In this document: positions 1 to 13,629 of the stretch, one piece after another
How the letters are laid out: the number at the start of each line of letters is the position of its first letter
Numbering within the stretch: the first letter of the stretch is position 1
From: Octopus sinensis
Lineage: Eukaryota
Length of the DNA: 64,000 nt
Direction of reading: 5' to 3'
Assembly (NCBI RefSeq): GCF_006345805.1
Contig: NC_042997.1
Coordinates: 153,202,001 to 153,266,000 of the forward strand
Program-made: the position numbers and the translations under genes
The notes under the pieces: model-generated
What the model was told of the DNA's origin: nothing
The model's input: only the letters and a program-made list of their open reading frames with translations
Databases searched by the model: none

Positions 1-86
1 TGGGGTTGATATTTTTCGACTAAAACCCTTTAAGGCGGTGCTCCAGCATGGTCGCATTCAGATGACTGAAACAATAACAGAATAAC
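1..86 (+). mobile_element. 3' end of SINE family S1 (tail GGCGGTGCTCCAGCATGG...TGACTGAAACAA)
   Basis: The tail motif at 34-72 recurs on the minus strand at ~2500, ~17400 and ~35665. Confidence 0.75.
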
Positions 87-1139
87 TGTGTGTATGTGTG
101 TGTGCGTGCGTGTGTGTTTAGGATGTTGTAGGAGGATTAATTACTTTGATTAAATAATGATGGGACGTACCAGTGTGCACGGTGATAGTAACGCTTTGGC
201 TAAACTGGATCCTGAGGTGGGTCGTTGAGATCTGCCTGGGACACGCGTAATTTCGGATGTTGACGAGAATCTTTAGCAGTGTGTAGTTGAATTATTGGAT
301 TATATCAGAACAATAATAGAATATTTCAACTAGATATTTATAATTTTATTCCGTATCGTCAGAAACAGCGTATACTAAGGCAAAATAGTGACTATGGCAT
401 TAATATGATATTCTGAAATTCTTTAAATCTTAAAGTATAAAAATAAAATACTGTCTACATTTACGTTTCAATGAACGTACATATATGCAAGTGGATATAT
501 AAATTATAGATAACATTAAAATGGCGTTTCAGAACTCTAAAACTATTTTCAAAGAACATACATATTATTTTCTTTCTTTTTCTCAGCAACTATTTGTTTG
601 TTTGTTCGGTTGTCATGGTTTTCACCAATAGTTATTTGTTTGGTCTATATTCTTTTCGCTTGATTTCTATCACTAAGTGATTTTCTTCCATAGGTTGAAA
701 ATTGCACCTAAGACGATAAAGGAATATAAATGTTCATAAAAAATAAATCAGAGCAAGAAAAAAAAATAAATACAATTACAAAATAGTAACATTGGAAATA
801 TACACAGATCAATATTATTGAAAAACAGAATTATGTTATTTTCTTTTGAAAGTTAGCTTATCTCAGAAAACATTTTAAACTGATTATTAATGTCTATTTC
901 CTCTTCTTTCAAACAAGACTTAGTAACGTATCGCTTGTATTGTAATGGAAACAAGTATATGACTCGCAATTATATGCACACGTACACAAAGACACAAATG
1001 CTGCTCGCTTTTGTGTGTTTCTGTGTCTTTAAATATTTTACAGATCTCTCTCTCTCTCTCTCTTTCTCACCCTTCCTTTTGTCTTTCTCTCTGTCACTTA
1101 CACACACACAAACATACACTTTGTCTTTCTACATATGTA

Positions 1140-1187
<48 letters not shown>

Positions 1188-1744
1188 TGAAGCTATCTTA
1201 GAGATTTCTATGGAAAATGGAATTAATGGAATCAGCAGGGTTGTGATTATTTTTGAGAGACTACTAGTGTATGCTGTATTTCCGTCTCTGCCCAACGTTA
1301 GGAGGTGTGGAGTTGGAATAAAACTGATGAATGTCATCGATTTAAAGATTATGCATCCTCAGAGAATGTTCTGGATAAATATAAATCATCTCTTGTGGAT
1401 CCTGGTGGCATTACCAATTCTTGGATATCGTTTATGACGCACTAAAACAACTCTGTAATAGTGACAATGCAATGAACACCAACACGAACTTGCACCTGGT
1501 GCTTTTTGATAAGGATAGGTAGAAAGAATAATGCGGGAGTGCAAAAAAGGAAAGGTAACACCCGAACTTCTGCAAGGTGCTAAGGACTTGATATAGGTGG
1601 ATTTGAAGAAAGTATATTGAAACCATATTGTAATAAATGATACTGCGACTCAACTTCATAGTATGGTCTGATTTCAAAGAAAAATATTCTCCTGCTTGTC
1701 ACACAGACAATGCCTTGGAACGGTAATAATTCTCTTTAATTTTG

Positions 1745-1915
1745 ACACAAGGCTAACATATCGACCCCAGTGCTCGGCTGGTATTTATTTTATTGAGCTC
1801 AAAAATATGAGAGGCAAAGTATACGCGGAGGTATTTGAAGTCAGAGCGTGAAAGGCGAAAGGGAAGGCTAAGCATTTTATCTTGCATAAATGACAGATTA
1901 CCGCCTTTTGGAAAG
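1745..1915 (-). mobile_element. Degraded tRNA-derived SINE family S2
   Basis: Contains ATCGACCCCAGTG...GGTATTTATTTTATTGA...AGGCAAAGT, matching the copies at 4270-4487 and 15854-16075. Confidence 0.6.
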
Positions 1916-2496
1916 CAATAAATGAGCGCATGAAAAGAAGGGTCCGAGATATGGGTTTCAGGAATAATATGTTCCACAGTGTTCGACTAGAGGAAGATGC
2001 CATGGGTTTGCACTAGAATCAATGTTTCTTACCTGGCTTGTTTTAAAATTTAGGAAAGTAATGACAGAGGGAAGCAGAAAATACTTCAGCATGAATATGT
2101 CACAGAGGTGTGAGAGGAAAAGCTGAGAACCAAGAACAAGTCTCTAGTGTAGTGAGTAGTAAAATAAAATAAAATAGCTGCTGCGAGGTTGAAGTGGATA
2201 TAACTATACACAGCTTGGTGTAGTTGTTGTATAGGTTACGAGTGCACAAGGGTCTTACTGTGGGGACCCAAATAAACTAAAAATTCCCTGGTAGTATCGA
2301 TGCTAATTGATACCGGTGGGAAAAAGACATTGCAGGAAAGTAACGGAATTCTCCTAATGCCCAGTTGATATATGATAAAAGTTGCAAATGTTTAAGCATT
2401 GACTGCCGAATCATCATTAGATATTCACATATTGTCGATATTATCTTCTTTTATCCATTCATCAAGTATGGATACTATATCATCTGTCATTATAAC

Positions 2497-3350
2497 CTTT
2501 ACTTTTCTTTTACTTGTGTCAGTCAGTGAACTGCAGCTACGCTGGGGCACTCTTGAAGGGTTAAGTCAAACAATTCGATTCCAGTGCATATCTCTTCAAA
2601 CCTGGTACTTGATCTGTCGGTATTTTGCCTGTCGAAACGGTAGTTTATAATGACAAGTAATGGCGAGGCAGCAAGCACCAACACAAAGACATACGTAAAC
2701 GCACACACACACGCAGAGCCGAATTAAGATCCATAGAAGTCCTAAGCACTTACAAGGTTTTGGTGCCCTCAAGTATCTGTAACTGGTTCAAAATGTAACC
2801 AAAATAATTTAAAATGTAAACAAAAATATACCATAAAATAAATTTATATTTTTCAAAATGAAACAAAACTAACAGTAAGATGGAAAATATTTATTTCTAT
2901 ATGCTTCCATTTTATTTATATTTGAAAGTTTTCTCCTTCGTTTTTTAATTTAATCGCAAAACCTTTGATGATATTGTTTTACGTAAAACGTCTGCTTCTA
3001 TACATAGTAGAGATAAGGCATTACGAATATCATTTTAACAAGTTTAAAGTAATTTTTTTCGTGCCATAAACCATTTTCATCTCTGTGTTTCCCCCATCCC
3101 TTGATGCCCTAAGCACGTGCTCATTTTGCTTAATGCATAATGCTTAATCCAGCACTGCACATATGTGTGTCTGTGTGTTTATGCGTGTGTGTGTGTGTGT
3201 GTGTGTACAACGGGCCTCCGTACAGTTTCCTTTTACCAAATTCATCTCCCAAAATTCAATCAGAAGTCATTGGTTAGCCTGCGGCTATAGTAGGAGACAC
3301 TTCCTTAAGATGTTGCACCGGGGAACGGAACCCAAAACCACGCGTTTCCC
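2497..3350 (-). mobile_element. SINE S1 copy interrupted by a MITE in its central CA repeat
   Basis: The tail at 2497-2560 and the head half at 3200-3350 (ACAACGGGC...GGCTATAGTAGGAGACACTT...GAACCC) are collinear with the uninterrupted copy at 35652-36010. Confidence 0.7.
2714..3157. mobile_element. hAT-like MITE (~444 bp)
   Basis: Imperfect 15-bp TIRs CAGAGCCGAATTAAG / CTTAATCCAGCACTG. The flanks CACACACG and CACATATG are a 6/8 match to an 8-bp TSD. Confidence 0.6.
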
Positions 3351-4020
3351 ACACAATTGTGTTTTTTTTATTTTTTTACATAAACTTGAAAGAAATGCTC
3401 ATCTCTAAAACGGCGAAAAGCAATCAATTTTTATATCAGGATGCATTAAAATATTCTCACCTTTATATCATACTTACATCTAGTTATATAGATCTTTCTT
3501 GTTCTGGATTATATAGTGTTTGTGTTATGATTATCCTGATATATTTGTATTTTTCATATTTCCTGATAACAAAGAATATTGTGGTAAACGACAGCTAACA
3601 CTGTCTGATTTTTGCGCTTACAAATGTGAAACACATAAATATAAACATTAAAATTTATTATATGTGCTTACGATAATTTAGATACAAATTAGTTTTACAT
3701 TTATAGAGATTATCAGATGACTGTTTATAATTTTCTCTTTTTTCCTTTTTCTATATATGTACATGGTGTGTGTGTACATACATCTATACGTGTGCATGTG
3801 TGTTTGCGTGTATACACACACACCTAGGTGGGAAGAGCAAAAGATATGAATGTCTAAAACAGCAATTTGATCATCTCTTTGTTATGTAAGACATTATTTA
3901 TACGCAAATTTTGCTAAATGTACATTTAAGACGAGATAAACGTGTGAACGTGTATACTGATGTATTATATAAAAGCAGCAAAATCACTCTCCGAGTCGTT
4001 TACTGCTTGTATTGTCATAA

Positions 4021-4023
<3 letters not shown>

Positions 4024-4073
<50 letters not shown>

Positions 4074-4153
4074 AGTGAAATCGGTCAAGTGAATAAACAC
4101 CTTTTAAAATTGCATTTTCAAACCTTCTTTCATATATATATATATATATATAT

Positions 4154-4248
<95 letters not shown>

Positions 4249-4250
4249 TA
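4024..4250. repeat. (TA)n and (TAGA)n microsatellites
   Basis: Read directly from the sequence. Confidence 0.95.
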
Positions 4251-4269
4251 TAAATTCAATAGGGTATTT

Positions 4270-4487
4270 AAATACCTATTTCTTTACTAACCACAAGGGG
4301 TTAAACACAGAGAGGACAAACAAAGACAAATAAACGGATTAAGTCGATTATATCGGCTCCAGTGCATAATTGGTACTTATTTAATCGACCCCGAAAGGAT
4401 GAAAGGCAAAGTCGACCTCGGCGGAATTTGAGCTCAAAATATTACGGCAGACGAAATACCGCTAGGCATTTCGCCCGGCGTGCTAAG
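4270..4487 (-). mobile_element. tRNA-derived SINE S2
   Basis: The reverse complement contains a B-box-like GAGCTCAAATTCC, then GCCGAGGTCGACTTTGCCTTTCATCCTTTCGGGGTCGAT and the same tail as 27277-27510. Confidence 0.85.
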
Positions 4488-5414
4488 TATAACAGGAACA
4501 GGTTTACTTTAAGTGGAATACAGAAGTAAGGGATGAGTATATTTCAGGATCAATTGATTTTGCTTTCTGGATAAAAAAAATCATATTTTAAGCGCATCAG
4601 CTGAAAATTAACACTTAAACATCTATTTCTGAAATATTCATTTCATTAAGCCATGTGCGTTCTTTACTTTTGAATTGGTGGTTTTGGAGCAATGGCTCTA
4701 TTTATAGCAAGTGGTATTTAGGTGGTATTTAAATACTCTATCGCTAGCCACCTTATAATTATCATCATTATTATTATTAATAACGGTAATAATACTTATT
4801 TAATTTAAATTTATACTGGCTCACGATAAGTTCGTTTTGAATGTCGCGGGGACATTCAAAATTCCTTAGTAAAACTTAAAGCTAAGGGAGGTAACACTTG
4901 TAATTCTCACGTTGCTTTACCTACAAGTAATCTTAACCCAAAGGCTTTCAAATCAGATCCCAATGCTGGATGTTCAAGAACAAAATAAAGGGCAAATTTT
5001 TAATCCTGGGATCATACTGATTCTAAAAAGCTATAATATGTCTATGTAGAGCAACTGTAGACTTAGATACAGGGGTCCCAGACGGACAGACATAATTTCG
5101 CTTTTATTAATGTGTGTATGCATGTGTGTGTGTGTGTTTGTGTGTGTGTATGTGAGTGTGTGTATGAAAGAGTCCAGAGCTCCCGTCTCGGTTACGAGCT
5201 TGGAGCCCTGATAACCCGTTACAGCACTTACCCAGCGTACCTATTTGCTTAGATCACCAGTGAACCAAGTCCTTATATAATGTATACTCGGCAATCGTTT
5301 TAATTTCAACACGCTGGTCTAAGATCAAATCACTTTCTTGGCAAGTAAACCTCTGTAATGTATGTGTGTATGTGTGTGTGTGTTTGCGTGTGTGTTTGTG
5401 TGTGTGTGTGTGTA

Positions 5415-5446
<32 letters not shown>

Positions 5447-5723
5447 TGTGTGTGCATTAAACACGTATATTTATATCTTTCCTCATATATCAGCGAATGT
5501 AAACAAGAGATAAACAAAGAATGCTCTTGAAACAAGTTACACATGCACCCTTGAAAATTTCACTGTCTAAAATGCAGTGATTGTTCCGTTGGAACCATGT
5601 AAACTACGACACTATTGTTCAGAAACTGTGATATAAAATCTATGAAATAAATACACGCTTTTGTCCAGTGTAATTAACTCATACTTTCTACCATGTTGTT
5701 TACTTTGTATCTTTATATATATA

Positions 5724-6103
5724 CTAGCAGTATCGCCCGGCGTTGCTCAGGTTTGTAAGGGAAATAACTATAAAGCATTTTTAGAGAGTTATAGCCAAAA
5801 AATAGCAAAAAAATGGAAAAAAATGATGGTAAATTTTTTTTGTTAAAAAAGGTGGAGTTGCGTCCCCTAGACAGTTTGCGGTTTGTGTTTCTGATTCTCG
5901 ACCCCATGTCGAATTTATCGATTTTTTTCAGAACTGGGGGAACTTTTCAAACTTTTCGCTGCGTTAGTTTTGAATTATGACATTGGGCTATGTGTGTGTC
6001 AAGTTTCATCAGAATCGGTTGAAAGCCGTGGTCAGGGTGAGGGTACAAGCAAACAGACACACAGAAACACGCACAGACAAACTGCCGTTTATATAGAGAG
6101 AGA
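5724..6103 (-). mobile_element. Non-autonomous Helitron (380 bp)
   Basis: On the minus strand it starts with TC and ends CCTGAGCAACGCCGGGCGATACTGCTAG (hairpin plus CTAG). It is inserted between A and T. Confidence 0.85.
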
Positions 6104-6249
6104 TATCAGAGAGTTTGCTTTCGTTTTCCTCTATATTTACTCGTTAAACTAATCAGTTTAACGGCATCTTTACTTTTCTTCTTTCTCTTATTCTTTCTAA
6201 CCTTTTTTATGGGACTTATTTTATTTTGTAATAACAATCTATTTACTTG

Positions 6250-6470
6250 AAGCCTCTTCCTTCCTGTGTGAAAGATAGATAAATCCGATCTACATCACCT
6301 TTAGGGCGATGGGCTTGTAATCCAATCTGTAGTTTTTTTCTAGATATTTCAATTAGGTTCTTCCAATTTATTATGTTGAACCTGTTGTTTATGAATGCGG
6401 CAGCTGGTGTATTTATGTATATTGTATTCCTAGCCTTTAGGTTAGTTGTTCATATACGTCTAACAATTTC
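6250..6470 (-). pseudogene. R4/Dong-like non-LTR RT C-terminal remnant
   Basis: The minus strand translates in one frame as LKARNTIYINTPAAAFINNRFNIINWKN...HRPKGDVDRIYLSFTQEGRGFK, resembling the HPKSDVDRLYLPRxxGGRG motif of R4/Dong-type RTs. Confidence 0.6.
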
Positions 6471-6631
6471 CTCTTTCATATCTGTCTGTTCTATTCTCTT
6501 TCAGAGTTACTTCTCTGACATGACTCTTGGGAAGATGGTTAAGCCATTCTGGACACTATTTTTATGCTACAAATTCTTAATTTGATTTTCAGTTTTCACT
6601 TTTTATTTCAAATTCGGATTAGATTTTTATG

Positions 6632-6715
<84 letters not shown>

Positions 6716-8329
6716 GGGAATAGCGATACTGGAATAGATTTTAAATCGATACCTGCTTTTCCCGCTATGTTTCTGAAACGGCTGTAGGATGTCTACGTTA
6801 ATTTTCACATTTAGATTTTAATTTGGACTACTTCTTTCGAACTTTCCATATACTTTCCATATAAGCTCTTGTCAGCTTTAATATTAGCGCCTCTGATGTG
6901 ACAAACCTATCCTGTATGTACAATTTTATATGATTAAATATCGCTAAATATGTACTGTTTCAATGCGTATATTTGCCTCTCATAGCGAAATATTTATTTT
7001 ACATATATATTTTTATGAAGCATTTAATGTATTGATATTTCACTTTTCATAGATGGACTGATAACCCAGAATTTTGTCTCAAATCCCAAATCTTCTGTAA
7101 TATCCTAGCAGCCCAACTAACTTTGAGCAATAAATAGTTGTGCTATATACGGAGTATAATTCTCCCTATTCATTATATATATATATAAAACTCACACACA
7201 TAAAACTGAGTAAAACAAAGACATCCTATAATATCCTCTATGTGTGTGTGTGTGTGTGTGTGGTGAGAGAGAAAGACTTTTGTTACTGTTATGGTGGTTC
7301 TATTATAATTTTCAGGTTAAATCTCATAGTATATTCATTTTTAATTAATTAGCCTCTTCACAGAGCATCTTTGGCGTATTTGCCTAATTCCTTAACCTAA
7401 TTTTTACATTCCGGTTGAATTTATCTACAGTTTTTAGTAGCTTGCCCCTAGCAGGATGCTGCTGTTATATTTTTAAATCAGTTATCAAGATGAGAAATAT
7501 TTAAATCTCTTCTTGGTATTTGATATCAACGGTGTTTTATTCATGATGTTTAGGAGTATAGTAAGAGTTAGACAAACGAAAAGTGGAAATTTGCATTTTC
7601 CCTTAAAACTTGCTTTTATTCAGACAGAGTTTATCGTCTTATAAACCCACTGTTATCATGTGTTTCCATTCGGCAGAATAATACTTATATGCTATTTGTA
7701 TTGGTGTTAGTCTGGATTTATGTTGTTTCTCCTTTTCACTGTGTGATATATTCCAAAACGCTTTTCAGTAATCTTTCATGATGTGCTTTATTTCTTTCCT
7801 GGTTATATTGAATAATTATTCGGTCCATAATAGTTTTCTTTACAACAATTGCTCTCCTTCTAGTAAGACGTTATTAATTGCGTGATAAAGCGTCACCTAC
7901 TGGAAATAATATTATCAGAAATCTGTGCTTATTAATGGAAAACCACTATACAAATGCTATTGGTCTGAATATTTTTAAATTGTTATTCCTTTTTGTAACC
8001 TGTTGCGTGTTGATTGTTAGTGCATTTAGTAATTCATTAAATGCTGATCCAACTAGAGATTTATGTATAGTAACCATAATTGTAGACGCTGCTACTTTTC
8101 TATGAATTCTCAATTCATACTAAATGCATTCGTGATGTTTTGAGACATTTTTAGGAGAGGCAGCTATAAATGTACTGGATTATTGTAATTTAGGCTAATA
8201 ACTGCAATTTAAGCTAATAAGCTAACTAACCAACTATTGTTATTCCAGACTGAAGGAGACGGCTATAACACCACTTTGAACACAATCTGCTGCAAAACAC
8301 TGCTTGTCACCGCTGACTAATTTGCAAAA

Positions 8330-9420
8330 TGCAGTCAGGACCTGTATTTAGTTTAGAAACTCGCAATGCAATGATCTTTTGTGTTAAACTAGTAAAAATG
8401 CTACAGAAACGTATGAAATGCTCCAGACTGCTTATTAATTAACTTGTGTGAGCCGAACATCTGTTTTTTGCTACAAGATGATCAAGACGTTCAAGGATGG
8501 TAGAGAAGATATGTAAGACGATGAAGGGTGTGGAGGAAGAAGGAGGTCAGAACATAACAGCTTGTTGAGAAAATTCTCGGTTTTCTGAATCTAAATTGTC
8601 ATGTATCTATAAATAAACAGATGGAAGCTAGTGTGGCAAATATTGACAGAATTAGTCATGAATATATGAACATGTGCAAAATTTGTGCAGTGTTTGTTCC
8701 CAAAGTGTTCAGTGATAAAAGAAGGAAAGACGCATTGGTGACAGTAGGAACATGATTGAGCTCATTATCTCCAATCCAAGAGTGCATGGGTCACTAGATA
8801 CTTGAGACAAAATCTGGATCTACTGCCATGATCCAGAGATCAAGAGACAGATGGGAGCACCCTGGATCCCCAGATTCAAGAATGTCAGGCAAAGCAACTC
8901 CACCAAGAAGCTCATGACGGAAAGGGTATCATCAACATCCACTGGTTTTCTCTGGTTAGACGATCAACAAAGTGTACCTTGGGTAGGTTTGAAAGATCTC
9001 AAGAAGAAATTTCGTTGCATATATTCAGAGCTCTTTCACTCGGTCTCTTGCACCTGCAGTAGAACTATGGACCAGTCCATGATTCCGTCCTGGTTAGCAA
9101 TTACTTGACAAAGATAGGCATCAAAACTGTCCCCCATCTCTTTACTGTCCATGCCTTGCTCCCTGTTAAGTTTCGTTGTTCTCCAAGCTGAGGGAAATTA
9201 AGTTTTGAGGCTATTAAGTAGATGATGGAGGCTGTAAAATGTGTGCTGGGCACCTTCACGTTGAAGGACTTCCGTGCGGCCTTCACGAAATGGATAGAGA
9301 TCTATAAAAAGTGCACTGAAGACAGAATCCTACTTTGAAGGAGATTAGAGTTTTGTACTTCTTTGAAATTAATAAATGTCTCTCCTAAAAGAATCTCAAT
9401 ACTTCTGGAGTTTATTGCCT
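8330..9420 (+). mobile_element. Decayed mariner transposon (transposase pseudogene)
   Basis: Motifs are recognisable across frameshifts: FCVKL..NATETYEMLQTA, FKDGRED, DET..WIYCHDPEIKRQ, PRFKNVRQSNSTKKLM, HDSVLVSNYLTKIGIKTVPH and a terminal YFEGD*. Confidence 0.85.
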
Positions 9421-9777
9421 TGCTTGTCACCGTATATTGCACTGCTTTTCTTTTTTTTTTTTATTTTCTTCTCTCTTTCGTTTTCAATCTATTACACGCC
9501 TAAATTGTGTTGATTGATTTTATACAATATTTCTTTTCAATGCGTCTCGATTCTCGCAATAATAAACGCCTACAATTTCCAGAGAAAATTATCAGGCATC
9601 GCATGATTTTTACGAAAATGATTCTTTTAAACGTCATTCTTCATTTTTGTAACATATAACCTTAAAATTTAATTCCTTTTTCATTTCCTTTTTTGGTCTT
9701 TTTTTTTTGTCATATTAGAACTATCCAGTTCTATTTCTATTTCGGTTATGAAAAGACGTTTTTGTTTCACTATAAAG

Positions 9778-9893
<116 letters not shown>

Positions 9894-11061
9894 ATTTATG
9901 TTTGAGCAGAAGTATAATCAGAGAAAAGTTAAGCTTTATAAACAGACACATGAACAGTTATAGAAGAAAAACTGGTAGAATAAACATGAATAAAAGACAC
10001 CATCACATATCGTATACAAGCCTTTGTTTTGCATTAGTATACATATTTCATAATACATATACTACATATATAAGATAACATAAATCCACTATGTTTTGGA
10101 CAAATTGCTTTAAAAGAAATGACAATTTCTAATTGGTCCGGAAGTATTGATTGTGTCCAAATTAATAAAAAAAAATAATAAAATAACGATGCAGAACTTT
10201 ATAAAGATGAACAAAACAATGAAGAAATATGCAACTAGAACCTAAAACTACAGATTTTGTTACATTTATGTTATTTGCTGAGAAAATTTTGTACTTTAAA
10301 ACATATTATTCTTTGCAATTAGTATAAAGGAATTACTTTTTTAATTAGTCATGTTTTCCAATATGCATTTCAGTTCTTGACAGGTGTTCAATGTTCTTGG
10401 GTTTTTTTCCTACTGGCAGTGAAAAAGACATGTTTCAAAAAATTTTAATTTACCTCTGTGACCAGTTTAATATCAGAAGAGAATCTTCGAACGGGCTCTC
10501 CGATAATTCGCTATTGAAAGTATCCAGTCGCTACCAGGAATTTTTATTTGCAAATCCCCAAATAATGTAGATACTATATCGATATAGTGACATCAATTTC
10601 TTCGAAAAATAGCCAAATAAGCATACTTATAGATAAATAGATAGATAGATATATAGATAGATAGATAGATAGACACATATATACACTCCCACTCACACAT
10701 ATATATATACATACGTACATACATACATATGCACACATGAACATGCACACATACATGTGGGCCTATGATGGGGGGTTGAGACAGTGTGTATATCTTCACG
10801 ACTACTTTCATAAAATCATGCTACATGCTTCCTGATCATACCAGCTCGCAATTTCGCAGTTGACGGCTATGGTTACATGTTTAGGCATGTTGTGTGTATA
10901 TATATATATATATTTCAATGCGTACAAATAACACGAAAAACTAAATAAATAGTTACCAGGGTTACAACACTTCACATAAGTACCAAGGATGTAACCGCCT
11001 ACTTATAATTGTAGAAAGTCCAGGGCTATGTAAAATGTTTTTGTGTAACGTAGAAAAATAA

Positions 11062-12006
11062 ATAAATGAAGTTAAACGCAGGTGTTATTCAAATCTTTAC
11101 TCTTCTGACATGTGCTTAGAAGAAAACATTGGTATTATTCCAGAAGGAATAAAATAATGTAAAACAATGCGATCTTCTCGTCAGGGAAAAAAAAAGAAAC
11201 CAGTCACATCAATAACATTTTAACATATGTGATAACTGCATGTTTGATGAAGGGAATGCTGGCAAATAATGTTTAAAAAAAAACATTAATAGATATAACA
11301 TCAAAGGAAATTTATAGAAAGAGAAGGAGGAGGAAAAAGAAATTAGCAGAAAACTTATAGTGGAGAAATATAAAGCGATTGGTGAATAGGATTGAAGCTT
11401 AAAGGCGCGGAAAAAGATATATTTAGCGGAAATGAAATGTAAAAAGAGAGTTAAGGGTCTAGTTCTATAGATTGGTAGACATTACTTATAGGAACTAAAA
11501 GTATGTTATTCCCAATGCTTGCAACGATAAACGCGTTTTTAAACCTGTTTACAAGAGGATTCTCTGAGAACAGGATGAAATACAGTTCATCGTTAACGAG
11601 CGAACAAAAACGTTTATCTTTATCATCGGGAATGTAAATAGATGGAATATTCGATTCTGAATCAAATTGCTTACTATGTTCCTTAAGAGACCAAATTATT
11701 TTACTAAGTCCAGTATTGTTGCGTTTATTGATATGTCTAAATGTAGAAAAAATTGTCTTTGACGTTATGTCTATTAAAGGTTTTTATTTTTAAATTACTT
11801 GCCAGCGTTCCCCTCATCGTATATGAAGTCATTATATTCTGTTAAAATGTCTTATTGATATGTTTGGTTTCTTTTTTTTCCTGATGAGAAGATCGCATTA
11901 TTTTACATCATTTTATTCCTTCTGGAATAATACCAATGTTTTTTTCTTCGAAACATATGTCGGAAGTATAAAGATTTAAATAACACCTGCGTTTAACTCC
12001 ATTTAT
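11062..12006. mobile_element. Foldback / long-TIR non-coding element (~945 bp, ~255-bp arms)
   Basis: 11062-11315 is the reverse complement of ~11750-12006, e.g. ATAAATGAAGTTAAACGCAGGTGTTATT vs AATAACACCTGCGTTTAACTCCATTTAT. Confidence 0.75.
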
Positions 12007-12019
12007 ATATATATATATA

Positions 12020-12205
12020 TCACGTGATCATGTAACAGATCAGGCTATCCGATGTTATCACACATCGCTGGCTACAATGCGCTTCATTACCCCCAGATCA
12101 TGAGACGAGCAACGTCAAATGAAGTGTTTTTCTCAACAACACAACATGCCGCCCAGTCGGGGAATGAAAGCCATGATCTAGCGATCGCGAGTGCGACAGC
12201 CTGAC

Positions 12206-12210
<5 letters not shown>
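12020..12210 (-). mobile_element. tRNA-derived SINE family S3, internally deleted
   Basis: The minus strand begins TAGTGGTCAGGCTGTCGCACTC...TTTCATTCCCCGACTGGGCGGC, a tRNA-like head with A-box- and B-box-like motifs. Confidence 0.6.
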
Positions 12211-12252
<42 letters not shown>

Positions 12253-13629
12253 CATACTCTACAGATTCAGTGAATAAGAAAAATAGTAGTGAACTTGATA
12301 TTATTAAACATCGATCATCATAAACACTTCGTCAAGTTATAAATAAACAAATATACCGAAAAAATAATAGCTAAATATATAACAAGGCCACACCAGAAAA
12401 TCTTTCCACAGAAGTAAACTCGAAAATCTCTGGACAAACCACCCATACCAACTGCGCGTTTCGAGAAGAAAATGAAATAACTCTCTCTTCAGTCATGCCT
12501 ACACTAAAAGAGTCAGTAATAATATTATTAATGTCACTACTTCTATTCTTTCTCATGGTTCTTTATCATTGTGTAGCCCAACGTATGTTTGTATTGCACA
12601 TAGTTACTTTGTTAAATTTTATTAGTATGTGCCTTAATCTAAGAACATGTGTCGAAACGAGAGCGATTTCGTGGTATTTAGTTGGCTCTAAGAGTTTTCT
12701 ACTAATTGCATACACTTTTGTTCTATCCGTGTGTTGTAGGTTTTTTGTAACATATACATGGTCTTTGATGAGTCGCCCGTTAAAGGCGTCAATGCTGAAT
12801 CTGTACTTGTGTCTCTGTGATGTAGCATGTTATTTTGTGCTTCCTGTATTCTATTGAATTGCTTTCATTGATTTGTGAGAGCTTATTTTTCCTGTTTGTC
12901 ATCAGTTTTTTTTATATATATATTTTCCTAAAACTATTCTATGCATCAATTTTTCGACATATCTTTCGGTGATATCTTTATTGTTTATTTTTATCTCCGT
13001 ATATTCGTTAATGTATTTCAGCTTAGTCTTATACCATTTTCACTCCACACAATCTATAAATCTCTTCCTTTTTTTTTTTTTAGTGTTAGTGGCTGTGTTG
13101 GTATCATAGAGTCTTATGATATAAGAGTAATGCTACGAGACCGTTTTTTTTTGTCATCTTTTTGATTGCTTTCTTTTTCTGCTGGGGTTTTTTTATTGTA
13201 TTTTGATATATGATAGTTTATCCTTTTCTTTGGGTTTAAGGTTTTGAAAGGACATCGCTTTTGGTGTTAGAATTTACACATATTTTGGAACGTAATCGCA
13301 TTAAACCCATACAACGGCTTTCAGGATAAATGCTGACTTGTAGATATTACTGACATTACTCTGCTATATACTATATTAGAGGAGATACTTGATGAATTGT
13401 TATATACATCAGATTTCCTTATTGTGTTGATACATTTTTCTTTGTTTCATCTTTACTTATTCGGATTGGATGTATGTGGCTATATGTGATATATACGATA
13501 TATTCTGAAAACAATATAATCAGGCATATCATAAAATAAGTATTCCATATGCACTTACAATTTTGCTAAGTTCTTCATTTTGTTCTTGAAACAGTTATGT
13601 TAATTTTTTTTTCTTTTGTTCTTACAGAG

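Noticed and set aside
7400-8150. Possible decayed LINE endonuclease region on the minus strand
   Set aside because: Only vague motif hints with many stops, so I cannot support a call.
10778-10790. TGAGACAGTGTGT, matching the 5' part of miR-1994 as I recall it
   Set aside because: Only 13 nt match, the 3' half differs and I saw no precursor hairpin.
12700-13400. Possible Penelope GIY-YIG remnant
   Set aside because: A single weak GST-like match and no ordered motif series.
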